Notes: generated from the letters alone by a model not told the origin. 64,000 bases of DNA from an uncultured Pelagibacteraceae bacterium (GCA_902588785.1 CACIQL010000001.1:7119-71118), one strand, 5' to 3'. Counted from the first letter of the stretch, positions 33,787 through 43,786 are shown. A program made the numbers and translations.

Positions 33787-35745
33787 TTATTTTTTTCTAG
33801 GAATTAAAGCCCAATAATCAAGACTTAACAAAACAGATGGATCAAAACGCTTTTCACCATCCTGATGTTGAAACTGATAAGCTTGTGCATCACCAATTCC
33901 ATTTGTTCTGATTCGAATAGCACCTAAAGAATCTGATACTTCAACTTTATCTAAAATTAAACTCCAGGCAAAAACAGTTGTTCCCGCAAAACACGGTGAT
34001 GCATGAGTTCCACCGTTGATCGCAATAATTTTGAAAGCATTTGAAAGTCCGTTAAACGATAAAGCTCTTGTTAAACTTATAACGTGACCGCCGTAAACAA
34101 TTCTTTTTCCAAACCTACCACCTTTTTCAACAAAATGGTTAAAGTGAACTTTGGCGTTGTTCTGGTATAATTTTGTTGCCATCATATGTTCAGCTTCCTC
34201 AACTGTCATACCGTCAATATGATTTATTTTTTCGTTAATAGAATAATCCTCATAACAAAGATCAGAGCCTGAAGCTTTATAATCATATCCTTTACAATCA
34301 AAATCATATTTTTTTGCAATTGCTACAACTTCCTCACTTGTAAGCTCTTTTTTTAATTCAGGTATTGACGGTTCTGCTTTAATTAGATTTCTATTTTTTT
34401 TTCTAACCATAACCCATCTTTTATAATCAATAACTGGTTCACCATGCTGATTAGTTCCTACGGAGTGAACATAAACTACTCCATTTTCACCACTTGAATT
34501 CTCTTTAATGCCAATCACTTCTGACGTTGAACTAATTGTATCACCTGGATAAGCTGGCTTTAAAAATTTACACTCTGCATAACCTAAGTTAGCAATTGCA
34601 TTTAAAGATATGTCTGGGACAGTTTTCCCAAAAGCTATATTAAATAGAAGGAAATCATCAATTGGCGATTTTTCTAATGAGAGTTTTTTTGCAAACTCAT
34701 CTGAGCAGTGTAGGGCGTACCTTGAACCGTATAAAGCTGTATAAAGTGCACAATCTCCATATGTTATTGTTCGTGGAGTTGCGTGTATTATTTTTTGTCC
34801 TAGCTTAAAATTTTCAAAAAAGTTACCAATTTTGTATTTACTTGAAGAAGTTTGTATAACTTCTGATTGATCTAGTGCTGTAACTTTTGAAACAAGCAAT
34901 TCTGCTTCTATAATTCGTTTTGCATGATTTACGTGTAATTCCTCTATCTGACTGCCTTCAAGCGTAATTACTCCAACATTTGGATCCTTTTTTCTTGCAT
35001 CCTCAAAGGCAGCAACAATTCGTTTTGCTTTGTCTAGTTGTTCAGCCGTAGGAGTAAATATTTTATTGCATATCTGTATTTGTCCTGGGTGTATTAAGGT
35101 TTTACCATCAAATCCGAGGCCATGGCTATAGATGCACTCTTCTTCAAATCCATTTGCGTCTTTGATGTCATTAAAGACTCCATCAAGCAGTGATAGTTTG
35201 TAGGCTTTTGTTGCCATCATACATTTCTCAAAACTTGTAACTAACGCAGTTCTCTTTAGCTCTTCTTCTATACCCAACTCTGCAGATAAGTCATTAGTCC
35301 CCATTACAAAACATTTTAAATATTTTGATGACTTTGCAATATCATATGCGTTTACAATGGATAAAGCTGTTTCCATCATAACCCAAATTTTAGTTTCTTT
35401 ATTTTTAAGATATTTTTCAAAAGCTCTAACATCTTTAGCTTCATTTACCTTAGGAATTAATATTGCATCAGGGTTACATTTGTCTAAGACCTTAATATCT
35501 ATTTTACCATCATCAGTATCCAAAGCATTTAATCTTATCACCTGTTCCTTATTTTTGTTTACACCAGAATTTATAATATCGATAATCGCTGTACGTGCAT
35601 CATTTCTGGCATTTGCAGCTACCGAGTCTTCTAAGTCGTAAATAATTGCATCTACATCAAGCGTGCTACTTTTTTTTAATGCTTTTGGATTAGATCCGGG
35701 AACATAAAGTACGCTTCTTCTTGGTTTTCTTACATCTTGTCTCAT
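33787..35745 (-). CDS. Fusion protein: CitE/HpcH-type acyl-CoA lyase (malyl-/citramalyl-CoA lyase-like) plus double MaoC hot-dog (enoyl-CoA hydratase-like)
   Basis: 652 aa. Residues ~1-290 carry CitE-type motifs (RRSVLYVPGSNPKAL, DAIIYDLEDSVA, VMMETA, GTNDL, GFDGKTLIHPGQI). Residues ~300-652 resemble two MaoC-like halves (GDTISSTSEVIGIKE...; NNAKVHFNH...YGGHVISL). The start overlaps the asd stop (ATGA). Confidence 0.75.
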   Translation of the reverse strand: MRQDVRKPRRSVLYVPGSNPKALKKSSTLDVDAIIYDLEDSVAANARNDARTAIIDIINSGVNKNKEQVIRLNALDTDDGKIDIKVLDKCNPDAILIPKVNEAKDVRAFEKYLKNKETKIWVMMETALSIVNAYDIAKSSKYLKCFVMGTNDLSAELGIEEELKRTALVTSFEKCMMATKAYKLSLLDGVFNDIKDANGFEEECIYSHGLGFDGKTLIHPGQIQICNKIFTPTAEQLDKAKRIVAAFEDARKKDPNVGVITLEGSQIEELHVNHAKRIIEAELLVSKVTALDQSEVIQTSSSKYKIGNFFENFKLGQKIIHATPRTITYGDCALYTALYGSRYALHCSDEFAKKLSLEKSPIDDFLLFNIAFGKTVPDISLNAIANLGYAECKFLKPAYPGDTISSTSEVIGIKENSSGENGVVYVHSVGTNQHGEPVIDYKRWVMVRKKNRNLIKAEPSIPELKKELTSEEVVAIAKKYDFDCKGYDYKASGSDLCYEDYSINEKINHIDGMTVEEAEHMMATKLYQNNAKVHFNHFVEKGGRFGKRIVYGGHVISLTRALSFNGLSNAFKIIAINGGTHASPCFAGTTVFAWSLILDKVEVSDSLGAIRIRTNGIGDAQAYQFQHQDGEKRFDPSVLLSLDYWALIPRKK

Positions 35746-36758
35746 TTAGATAAATGTTCCTCAATTAGCATTTCAGCAATTTGGATTGTATTTAAAGCAG
35801 CACCTTTCCTTAAATTATCAGAAACTACCCAAATAGATAATCCATTTTTTGTAGACGTATCCTCTCGAATTCGCGATACATAAGTATCGTCATTTCCAGC
35901 ACACTCTTTTGGAGTTACATAACCTCCATCAGCTCTTTCATCAAGAAGTGTGCACCCAGGAGCATTTTTAATAGCTTCACGTGCTTCTTCTACTGAAATT
36001 TTGTTTTCAAACTCAATATTTACAGCTTCAGAGTGACCAATAAATACAGGAACGCGAACGCATGTAGCGCTAAAGCTGATCTCATTACTTAAAATTTTAT
36101 GAGTTTCTTGTCTCATTTTTAATTCTTCTTTTGTGTATCCATCATCCATGAATTTATCAATATGAGGTATAACATTAAAGGCAATTGGTTTGGTAAACTT
36201 AACATTATCTTTAATATCATCAGAGAACATATTTTTTGTTTGCTCAAACAACTCGTCCATACCAGCCTTACCTGCACCCGAAACAGATTGATAAGTTGAT
36301 ACAATAACTTTTTTTATTTTTGAAATTTCGTGCAATGGTTTTAAGGCAACCACCAATTGAATTGTTGAGCAGTTTGGATTAGCAATTATATTTCTTTTTT
36401 TATAATTATTTAGATCACTTGGGTTAACCTCAGGTACGACCAGAGGAATATCTTCTTCCATTCTAAAATGACTAGAGTTATCTATAACAATACAGTTTTT
36501 TTCTGCAAATTTTGGTGCCCATGCCTTTGAGGTACTAGCTCCAGCAGAGAAGAGTGCCAATTCTACTTTTGAAGGATCAAACTTTTCAATAGATTCTACA
36601 ATTAGTTTATCCTCCCCAAATTCAATTTCCATCCCTTCACTTCTACTAGAAGCAACAGGAAATATTTTTGACGCATCATATTTTTTTTCAGAGAGAATAT
36701 TTAACATTTCTCTTCCGACATTTCCTGTGGCACCCACTATAGCAATATTAAAATTCAT
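35742..36758 (-). CDS. asd: Aspartate-semialdehyde dehydrogenase
   Basis: IAIVGATGNVGREM, active-site context NPNCSTIQL, SVSGAGKAG. Confidence 0.95.
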   Translation of the reverse strand: MNFNIAIVGATGNVGREMLNILSEKKYDASKIFPVASSRSEGMEIEFGEDKLIVESIEKFDPSKVELALFSAGASTSKAWAPKFAEKNCIVIDNSSHFRMEEDIPLVVPEVNPSDLNNYKKRNIIANPNCSTIQLVVALKPLHEISKIKKVIVSTYQSVSGAGKAGMDELFEQTKNMFSDDIKDNVKFTKPIAFNVIPHIDKFMDDGYTKEELKMRQETHKILSNEISFSATCVRVPVFIGHSEAVNIEFENKISVEEAREAIKNAPGCTLLDERADGGYVTPKECAGNDDTYVSRIREDTSTKNGLSIWVVSDNLRKGAALNTIQIAEMLIEEHLSK

Positions 36759-36761
36759 AAT

Positions 36762-37871
36762 TTAAAAGTTTTCTTTTATTTGATTTAATATTTGATCACC
36801 CATTTCAACTGTTGATAGGTTTTTGTTATCATCGCCAATTAAATCCGCAGTTTTAAAGCCACTGGCAAGTACATTATTCACCGCCTTATTTATAAGATCT
36901 GACTCCTTGTCCATATTGAATGAGTACTTTAAACACATTGCAAAACTAAGAATAGATGCAATTGGGTTCGCTATTCCTTTACCAGCTATGTCCGGTGCAG
37001 ACCCATGAACTGGCTCGTATAAAGACTTTCTAAAATTATTCCTATCGACCGCACCCAAAGAAGCGGAAGGTAACATTCCAAGCGAACCTGTGAGCATGGC
37101 CGCCTCGTCTGACAGAATATCTCCAAATAAATTATCAGTAACAATAACATCAAACTGTTTAGGGTTTCTAACTAATTGCATTGCACAATTATCTGCATAC
37201 ATATGAGATAACTCGACATTTGAGTATTCATTTTCGTGCACATAAGAGACTTCTTCCCTCCACAATATTCCAGACTCCATCACATTTGATTTTTCACAAG
37301 ACGTAACCCTATTACCTCTTTTGCTTGCTAGTTCAAATGCTATTCGTGCAACTCTTCTAACTTCATCAGTGCTGTAGGATTGAGTGTTAATTCCAATACG
37401 ATTTCCGTTACCTTTATCTTCAATACCTCTTGGTTCACCAAAATAAATACCACCGGTAAGCTCTCTAACAATTAATATATCGAGACCTGATACTAAGTCT
37501 GGTTTAAGAGAAGAGGCGTCAACCATTGACTCAAAACATAAAGCAGGCCTTAAGTTTGCAAACAAGTCTAATTCTTTTCTAATTCTCAAAAGGCCTTGTT
37601 CAGGTTTAAGAGAAAAATCTAAATTATCCCATTTTTCTCCACCCACAGCACCAAGTAAAACTGCGTGAGAGTTTTTAGCTTTTTCAAGAGTCTCATCAGA
37701 TAGAGGCGTGCCATAGCGATCATAGGCAGATCCACCAATATCGTCCTCTTCTATCTCAAATTTAACTTTACTAAGTTCACCAATACTCTTAGCAACCTTT
37801 ATGACCTCCTTCATTACTTCAGGCCCTATACCGTCGCCAGGTAAGACTAATAATTTATAAGAATTGCTCAT
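36762..37871 (-). CDS. leuB: 3-isopropylmalate dehydrogenase
   Basis: [54 protein letters not shown]. Confidence 0.95.
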   Translation of the reverse strand: MSNSYKLLVLPGDGIGPEVMKEVIKVAKSIGELSKVKFEIEEDDIGGSAYDRYGTPLSDETLEKAKNSHAVLLGAVGGEKWDNLDFSLKPEQGLLRIRKELDLFANLRPALCFESMVDASSLKPDLVSGLDILIVRELTGGIYFGEPRGIEDKGNGNRIGINTQSYSTDEVRRVARIAFELASKRGNRVTSCEKSNVMESGILWREEVSYVHENEYSNVELSHMYADNCAMQLVRNPKQFDVIVTDNLFGDILSDEAAMLTGSLGMLPSASLGAVDRNNFRKSLYEPVHGSAPDIAGKGIANPIASILSFAMCLKYSFNMDKESDLINKAVNNVLASGFKTADLIGDDNKNLSTVEMGDQILNQIKENF

Positions 37872-38494
37872 TTTATTTGTTGGCTATACAACCAGGGTGT
37901 TCTTGATATTTGCTTATTTTCAAAATCAGAAATATGATTAACTTTAGCTAGTGTCAATCCAATATCGTCTAAACCCTCTAATAGGCTAGTTTTTTTGGCT
38001 TTATCAAGTTCAAAACTTACATCATGATTTATATTTTTATCAATATAAGAAATCTTCTGATTTTCTAAATCAATTGTAAAACTAAGGCTGTTTTCTGCTG
38101 CTTTTTGTAATTTAGTTACTTCAGACTCTTCTAATTTGATTGGAAGAATACCATTCTTGAAACAATTATTATAAAAAATATCCGCAAAGCTCGAAGCGAT
38201 GATGCATTTAATACCATAATCTAAGATTGACCAAGGTGCATGTTCACGAGATGACCCGCAGCCAAAATTTTTACCAGTAATCAAAATTTGAGAGTCTTTA
38301 TATTTATCTTGATTAAGGACAAACGAGTCTATGGGTGCATCTTTTTCATCATATCTTAATTCATAAAATAAATTTTTACCTAAACCTGTTCGCTTAATTG
38401 TTTTGAGAAATTGTTTTGGAATAATCATATCAGTATCAACATTCACCATTGGTAAAGGAATTGCATTACTCTCTATTTTTTTAAATTTTTCCAT
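37868..38494 (-). CDS. leuD: 3-isopropylmalate dehydratase small subunit
   Basis: [15 protein letters not shown]. Overlaps leuB and shares 1 nt with leuC. Confidence 0.95.
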   Translation of the reverse strand: MEKFKKIESNAIPLPMVNVDTDMIIPKQFLKTIKRTGLGKNLFYELRYDEKDAPIDSFVLNQDKYKDSQILITGKNFGCGSSREHAPWSILDYGIKCIIASSFADIFYNNCFKNGILPIKLEESEVTKLQKAAENSLSFTIDLENQKISYIDKNINHDVSFELDKAKKTSLLEGLDDIGLTLAKVNHISDFENKQISRTPWLYSQQIK

Positions 38495-39897
38495 TATATC
38501 TCTCTACAGTCTGATAGTTTTCCATTAATAGCCGCAGCAGCAGCCATAGCTGGACTCATTAAATGAGTACGACCTCCTCTTCCTTGCCTACCTTCAAAGT
38601 TTCTGTTTGAAGTGGAAGCGCATCTTTCTTGAGGTTTAAGTTTATCAGCATTCATTGCAAGACACATAGAACATCCAGGCTCTCTCCATTCAAAGCCTGA
38701 CTCAATAAATATTTTATCCAAACCCTCCTCTTCTGCCTGCTGTTTTACTAAACCAGACCCAGGAACGATTATTGCATTTACATGGTCCGCAACTTTTCTA
38801 TCTTTTGCAATTTTTGATGCAGCTCTTAAGTCTTCAATCCGTCCATTAGTGCATGAACCAATAAATACCTTATCTACTTTTACCTCTTTAAGTGGTGTGT
38901 TCGGAACGAGGCCCATGTATTCCAAAGCTCTAATCATTGATTTTTTCTTTGTCTCATCGCTTTCGTCCTCAGGGTTTGGAACCAATCCATCGATTGAAAC
39001 GACATCCTCAGGACTTGTGCCCCATGTGACTTGTGGAATGATATCGCTTGCATCAATATTTACTGTTTTGTCATAAGCTGCACCTTCATCAGAAGCTAGC
39101 GACAACCAATAATCTGATGCTGATTGATATTCATTTTCTGCTGGTGAAAATGGTCTTCCCTTTAAGTATTCAATTGTTTTTTCATCAGGACTGATTAAAC
39201 CAGCTCTTGCTCCCGCTTCAATTGACATATTACAGACAGTCATTCTTCCCTCCATTGTTAGGGATTTGATAGCATCACCTGTGTATTCAATAACATATCC
39301 AGTACCTCCAGCAGTTCCAATTGTTTGAATAATCTTTAAAACAATATCTTTTGCTGTGACACCCAGTGGCAGTTCACCTTGTATATTAATTTGCATATTC
39401 TTAGCTTTAGTTTGTACCAATGTTTGAGTTGCAAGAACATGTTCCACTTCAGAAGTTCCAATTCCCCATGCAAGGGCACCGAAGGCACCGTGTGTTGAAG
39501 TATGGCTATCACCACAAACGATAGTCATTCCTGGTTGTGTGAAACCTTGCTCCGGTCCAATAATATGAACTATGCCCTGTCTTTTATCAGACATAGAAAG
39601 AAAAGTAATTCCATGCTCTTTACAATTCTCTTCAAGAGTATCTACCTGTAACTTAGACTCTGGATCTGATATTCCCTCATCTCTATTTGTTGTAGGAATA
39701 TTGTGATCAGCAGTGGCTAATGTAAAATTAGGTTTTCTAACTGATCTGTTTGCAATTTTTAGTCCTTCAAATGCTTGGGGGCTTGTAACTTCATGAACAA
39801 GATGTCTGTCAATATAAATGATTGATGTTCCATCTTCATTTTCTGAAACTAAATGATCATTCCATATTTTATCGTATAATGTCTTTGGAGTACTCAT
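38494..39897 (-). CDS. leuC: 3-isopropylmalate dehydratase large subunit
   Basis: Aconitase-family motifs [41 protein letters not shown]. Confidence 0.96.
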   Translation of the reverse strand: MSTPKTLYDKIWNDHLVSENEDGTSIIYIDRHLVHEVTSPQAFEGLKIANRSVRKPNFTLATADHNIPTTNRDEGISDPESKLQVDTLEENCKEHGITFLSMSDKRQGIVHIIGPEQGFTQPGMTIVCGDSHTSTHGAFGALAWGIGTSEVEHVLATQTLVQTKAKNMQINIQGELPLGVTAKDIVLKIIQTIGTAGGTGYVIEYTGDAIKSLTMEGRMTVCNMSIEAGARAGLISPDEKTIEYLKGRPFSPAENEYQSASDYWLSLASDEGAAYDKTVNIDASDIIPQVTWGTSPEDVVSIDGLVPNPEDESDETKKKSMIRALEYMGLVPNTPLKEVKVDKVFIGSCTNGRIEDLRAASKIAKDRKVADHVNAIIVPGSGLVKQQAEEEGLDKIFIESGFEWREPGCSMCLAMNADKLKPQERCASTSNRNFEGRQGRGGRTHLMSPAMAAAAAINGKLSDCREI

Positions 39898-39937
39898 AAA
39901 TAACTTTGATTAACAAAAAAAAACGAGGAAGAAGTAA

Positions 39938-40522
39938 TTATTCTTTTGTTGTTTCTGATTCTTCTGAACTTTCAGCATTATCTTCAGGAACTTGTTCTTG
40001 AGCAGACTCATCAACTTCAGATTCTGTTTTTTCCTCAGCTTGAGAAGCATCAGCTGCAACTTCAACACTCTCATCTTGCACAGGCTCATTAGAAGCAACA
40101 ATTTCTTCTTCTGCAACTTCTTCACTCTCATCAATATATAAACTAGCAAGATCTGGTTGCTTCTTTCGAATTCTCTCAACGATTCTTGCTTTCTTACCGG
40201 TTAGATCTCTAAGATAGTAAAGCTTAGCTCTTCTGACTTGTCCACTTCTTACAATCGAGATGGAGTCAATAGACGGACTAAAGATTGGAAATACTCTTTC
40301 TACTCCCTCACCGAAAGAAATTTTTCTTACTGTAAATGAAGAACTTAGACCTCTATTTTTCTTTCTGATACAAACGCCCTCGAATGCCTGTATTCTCTCA
40401 CGTGTACCCTCACGTACCTTAACATTAACTCTTACCGTATCTCCTGGATGGAATTGTGGTATTTTCTTACCTTTGACTAGTGACTTTATCTGGTCTTTTT
40501 CGAATTGTTCTATGATGTTCAT
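39938..40522 (-). CDS. rplS: 50S ribosomal protein L19 with ~70-aa acidic C-terminal extension
   Basis: Core: [14 protein letters not shown]...[29 protein letters not shown]...RRAKLYYLR. Tail: [25 protein letters not shown]...SEESETTKE. Conserved trmD-rplS order. Confidence 0.93.
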   Translation of the reverse strand: MNIIEQFEKDQIKSLVKGKKIPQFHPGDTVRVNVKVREGTRERIQAFEGVCIRKKNRGLSSSFTVRKISFGEGVERVFPIFSPSIDSISIVRSGQVRRAKLYYLRDLTGKKARIVERIRKKQPDLASLYIDESEEVAEEEIVASNEPVQDESVEVAADASQAEEKTESEVDESAQEQVPEDNAESSEESETTKE

Positions 40523-40549
40523 GGTAGCCTCGCACCGTGTTTTAATACT

Positions 40550-41266
40550 TTATTTCTTCCTTGTCTTGCTTTTTTTGTAGTTTTTCCATAAATCTGGCCT
40601 AACTTTTTGCGTCAGTTTTTCAGATTGTTTTAAGCGCCACTCACTAATATTTCTATGATTTCCAGAGAGCAATATGTCTGGAATTGTTAAATTTTTCCAT
40701 TTTTTAGGCCTTGTATACTGGGGGTATTCAAGAAGGTCTTTTGAGAAGGTCTCTGAACTAGCAGACTTCATGTCACCAAGTGTTCCTGGCAACAGTCTCA
40801 CTATTGACTCCACTAAAACCTGGGAAGCTATTTCACCACCCGCTAGTATGTAGTCTCCAATACTTATTTCCTCAATAGGATAGAAATCGAGTATGCGTTG
40901 ATCAATGCCTTCATATCTACCACAGAGAATATTAATTCCTTTCATCTTTGAAAAATTAATAACTTTACTTTGAGTTAAAGGAGTACCGCGAGGACTTAAA
41001 TATATCATTGGATAACTATCTTTAGATTTTATATTCTTGTAACATGCATCAACAGATTTCCCGATTACATCTGCTTTTAAAACCATACCAGGACCGCCAC
41101 CAGCTGTGGTATCATCTACTTTTTTGTAATTACCTTTTGAATATTTTCTCGGATCAATTGTTTTTAATGACCATATTTTTTTCTTTAATGCCTTACCCAC
41201 GACTCCTGTATTTAAAAGTCCAGGAAAACTATTTGGGAAAAGTGTGATAATTTTTACTCGATACAT
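40550..41266 (-). CDS. trmD: tRNA (guanine37-N1)-methyltransferase
   Basis: IITLFPNSFPG, YLSPRG, CGRYEGIDQR, SIGDYILAGGE. Confidence 0.93.
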   Translation of the reverse strand: MYRVKIITLFPNSFPGLLNTGVVGKALKKKIWSLKTIDPRKYSKGNYKKVDDTTAGGGPGMVLKADVIGKSVDACYKNIKSKDSYPMIYLSPRGTPLTQSKVINFSKMKGINILCGRYEGIDQRILDFYPIEEISIGDYILAGGEIASQVLVESIVRLLPGTLGDMKSASSETFSKDLLEYPQYTRPKKWKNLTIPDILLSGNHRNISEWRLKQSEKLTQKVRPDLWKNYKKSKTRKK

Positions 41267-41268
41267 TA

Positions 41269-41775
41269 CTAGCCTATATACTCATTGATATTTTTTGTAA
41301 TAATAATTTTTTTTATAAGATCAATTTTTTTTATTGTATTTTCACTTATTGGAATAAAGTAGTCTTTAGCATTTTTTTTTCTTATTTCTAGTAAATCCGA
41401 TGAACCATAATTCTGAACAGATATTACTTTTCCAATATTTTTTCCATCATTAGTTTTTACAATTAAATTAATTAATTGGTGGTAATAGTATTGGTTTAAT
41501 TTTTTTATAGCTGGTAAATACGATTGATCGATTTCTATTGTAAGCCCTACAATTTTTTCAGCCAACTCCCTTGTTTTAATTTGTTCACAACTAGCAATAA
41601 AACCAGTTTTTAACTCTTTCAATTTTTTAAGAGTGATATTTGAATATTTTTTCCCAAGTCTACAGGGGCCATATCTAAATACATCGTCTGGCGTTTCTGT
41701 ATATGATGTAACCTTGAAATGACCCTTTAAACCGTGAACTGCTCTTACTTCTCCAATAACTATCAATTGGGACAT
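41269..41775 (-). CDS. rimM: 16S rRNA processing protein RimM
   Basis: 168 aa. IGEVRAVHGLKGHFKV is typical of RimM. Lies between rpsP and trmD. Confidence 0.85.
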   Translation of the reverse strand: MSQLIVIGEVRAVHGLKGHFKVTSYTETPDDVFRYGPCRLGKKYSNITLKKLKELKTGFIASCEQIKTRELAEKIVGLTIEIDQSYLPAIKKLNQYYYHQLINLIVKTNDGKNIGKVISVQNYGSSDLLEIRKKNAKDYFIPISENTIKKIDLIKKIIITKNINEYIG

Positions 41776-41786
41776 AATTAATAAGC

Positions 41787-42260
41787 TTAGTCTTTTTTCT
41801 CCTCTTCTGCTGGAGCTTCCTCTGCTGGAGTCTCTTCTGCTGGAGCTTCATCAGTTTTTGCTTCTGCTGCTGGAGCTTCCTCTGCTGGAGTCTCTTCTGC
41901 TGGAGCTTCAGGAGCAGGCTGATTTTTTGCTTCCTCAGCTGCAGCTAATCTCTCTTGTGCTTTCTTTTTTGGCTGAGCTTTTTTTGGATTGTTACCTTGA
42001 GCTGGCATTGGTATTACGCCGGCTTCTCCCAAAAATCTTGCAACCTTATCTGTTGGTTTTGCTCCTTTAGAAATCCATTGTTTTATAGAATCTAAGTTTA
42101 GTTGGATCCTATCCTTATTATCTTTTTGTAAAAGAGGATTGTACAATCCTACCTTTTCAATAAATCTACCATCTCGTGGATTTCTTGAGTCTGCAACTAC
42201 AACTCTGTATACAGGCCTTTTTTTTGAACCTGCTCTCGATAGTCTTATTTTTAACGCCAT
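41787..42260 (-). CDS. rpsP: 30S ribosomal protein S16 with Ala/Pro/Glu-rich C-terminal extension
   Basis: Core: [42 protein letters not shown]. Tail: ...[42 protein letters not shown]. Strong SD (AAGGAG) upstream. Confidence 0.93.
   Translation of the reverse strand: MALKIRLSRAGSKKRPVYRVVVADSRNPRDGRFIEKVGLYNPLLQKDNKDRIQLNLDSIKQWISKGAKPTDKVARFLGEAGVIPMPAQGNNPKKAQPKKKAQERLAAAEEAKNQPAPEAPAEETPAEEAPAAEAKTDEAPAEETPAEEAPAEEEKKD
41807..41910. repeat. Exact 44-nt direct repeat (two copies, 60-nt period) inside the rpsP tail
   Basis: CTGCTGGAGCTTCCTCTGCTGGAGTCTCTTCTGCTGGAGCTTCA occurs at 41807-41850 and again at 41867-41910. Each copy contains three CTGCTGGAG sub-repeats and encodes the repeated peptide [14 protein letters not shown]. 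Confidence 0.9.
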
Positions 42261-42286
42261 TTTATTCTCCTTTTATTTGTTAATAA

Positions 42287-43669
42287 TTAAAATTTATTTT
42301 TAAAAAAATCATTCGGCATGCCACTTCCAAGTTGGCCTGCTAACATATTTGGATCAATTGATCCTCCCCCTTTTCTAGATAACTTCTTCATCATGTCTGA
42401 CATCTTTCTATGTTGTTTTAGAATTTTATTTATTTCAGATACTGAAGTCCCTGATCCTGCCGCTATTCTTTTTTTCCTTGATCCATTAATTATCTTTGGC
42501 TTGGTCCGCTCGTATTTTGTCATTGAGAGGATAATTGCTTCTTGTTTAGCGATTGAATTGTCAGGATTAGTATTTTGTGGGATCTTATCGCTCAGATTAC
42601 TTAGTCCAGGAATAAATTTCATCATACCCGAAATGCCGCCCATTTTTTTCATCTGTCTGATTTGACTAAGCAAATCGTCGAGGTCAAATTCTCCTTTTTG
42701 TAATTTTTTGGCCATTTCTTCTGCTTCTTCTTGATCAACAGTTTCAGCAGCTTTTTCAACTAAGGTTACAACATCGCCCATTCCAAGAATACGATTGGCA
42801 ATTCGCTCTGGATGAAATTTTTCAAGATCCTCAACTTGCTCCCCAACTCCCATAAATTTAATTGGACAATCAGTAATGTACTTCATGCTTAGTGCGGCCC
42901 CACCTCGAGCATCGCCATCTATCCTAGTAAGAATAGAGCCAGTAATATTGATTGCTTTTGCAAAATCGCTAGCAACATTCACTGCCTCCTGGCCTGTTAG
43001 GCTGTCTAAAACAAGTATCGTTTCTAGAGGGTTAATTTCTTTTTCGAGCAAACTCAATTCGCTCATTAACCCTTCTTCAACATTCATTCTCCCCGCTGTA
43101 TCATATAAAACACAATCAATTTCCTGTAATTCAGCAAATTGTTTTGCTCTTGATACAATATCGACAGGCATTTGATTTTCGAGTTTGGGTAAAATTGTTA
43201 CATCAATTAACTCAGAAAGTTTTTTTAGCTGATCAAAAGCAGCTGGTCTTGTAGTATCTAGTGAAACAAATAAAATCTTCTTATCGTAATTACTTTTGAG
43301 ATAATTACCGATTTTACCAACAGTCGTTGTCTTGCCAGAACCTTGAAGTCCTGCAAATAAATAAGATGAAACTTGATTATCGTTTATTTGGAATTCGGGT
43401 GAAGCTGACCCTAAAATTTGAATTAATTGATCATTGACAATTTTTGTTATCATTTGTGCAGGGGTTATTGATCGAATGATTTCCTTTCCAATCGACTCTT
43501 TTTTGACATCCTCTATGAATTTTTTAGCAATTGGCAATGCAACATCAGCTTCAAGAAGAGCTCTTCGAATATCTCTCATTGCAATATCGAGAGAGGCCTC
43601 ATCAATAGAACCTGTCTTTTTTAAACTCTTAAATATTTCCTCAAACCGATTACTAAGGTTTTCAAACAA
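42287..43669 (-). CDS. ffh: Signal recognition particle protein Ffh (TTG start)
   Basis: Canonical N-terminus MFENLSNRFEEIFKSLKK, GLQGSGKTTT, DTAGR, TRIDGD, and a Met-rich M domain. SD GGAGAG lies 7 nt upstream of the TTG. Confidence 0.96.
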   Translation of the reverse strand: MFENLSNRFEEIFKSLKKTGSIDEASLDIAMRDIRRALLEADVALPIAKKFIEDVKKESIGKEIIRSITPAQMITKIVNDQLIQILGSASPEFQINDNQVSSYLFAGLQGSGKTTTVGKIGNYLKSNYDKKILFVSLDTTRPAAFDQLKKLSELIDVTILPKLENQMPVDIVSRAKQFAELQEIDCVLYDTAGRMNVEEGLMSELSLLEKEINPLETILVLDSLTGQEAVNVASDFAKAINITGSILTRIDGDARGGAALSMKYITDCPIKFMGVGEQVEDLEKFHPERIANRILGMGDVVTLVEKAAETVDQEEAEEMAKKLQKGEFDLDDLLSQIRQMKKMGGISGMMKFIPGLSNLSDKIPQNTNPDNSIAKQEAIILSMTKYERTKPKIINGSRKKRIAAGSGTSVSEINKILKQHRKMSDMMKKLSRKGGGSIDPNMLAGQLGSGMPNDFFKNKF

Positions 43670-43687
43670 AATAAACTCTCCTTCAGC

Positions 43688-43786
43688 AGGTATTGCACCA
43701 ATGGGCGAAAATCGCTGACTGGTGTCGATACCTTGATTTATGGCACCGCAGAAATAATATTTCTGACGGAAAACGTGAGTTTTTTT
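43688..43786 (+). ncRNA. Candidate structured RNA: 5' leader/attenuator of dapF, or an independent ~100-nt sRNA
   Basis: GC-enriched (about 45% by hand count over 43688-43770). Hairpin 43688-43733, hairpin 43746-43769, and a weak hairpin 43763-43779 followed by T7 (43780-43786). Three G.U pairs are valid only on the + strand. I recognise no known RNA family. Confidence 0.3.

Noticed and set aside
39915-39923. A9/T9 run in the 40-nt rplS-leuC spacer as a terminator or attenuator.
   Set aside because: Only a 6-bp GAAGAA/TTCTTC pairing is available, with a ~26-nt loop, and it is separated from the T-run by 4 nt. This is not a convincing terminator stem.
39910-40179. 89-aa Lys/Leu-rich ORF on the same strand as rplS but in another frame.
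   Set aside because: It is an artefact of the GAA/GAG-rich DNA that encodes the acidic L19 tail. There is no independent start context or motif.
43688-43786. Is the ffh-dapF structured element an SRP (4.5S) RNA, or a TPP or SAM-II/V riboswitch?
   Set aside because: It lacks the SRP helix-8 hallmarks (a GNRA loop flanked by the ...GGAAGCAGC-type motif). It also lacks the TPP CUGAGA / ACCUGAUCUGG...CCAGCG elements. An ATTGCACC string faintly recalls SAM-II/V aptamers, but I could not find the matching 3' AAAGC-type pseudoknot partner, and the gene context is wrong. It is kept only as an unclassified candidate.
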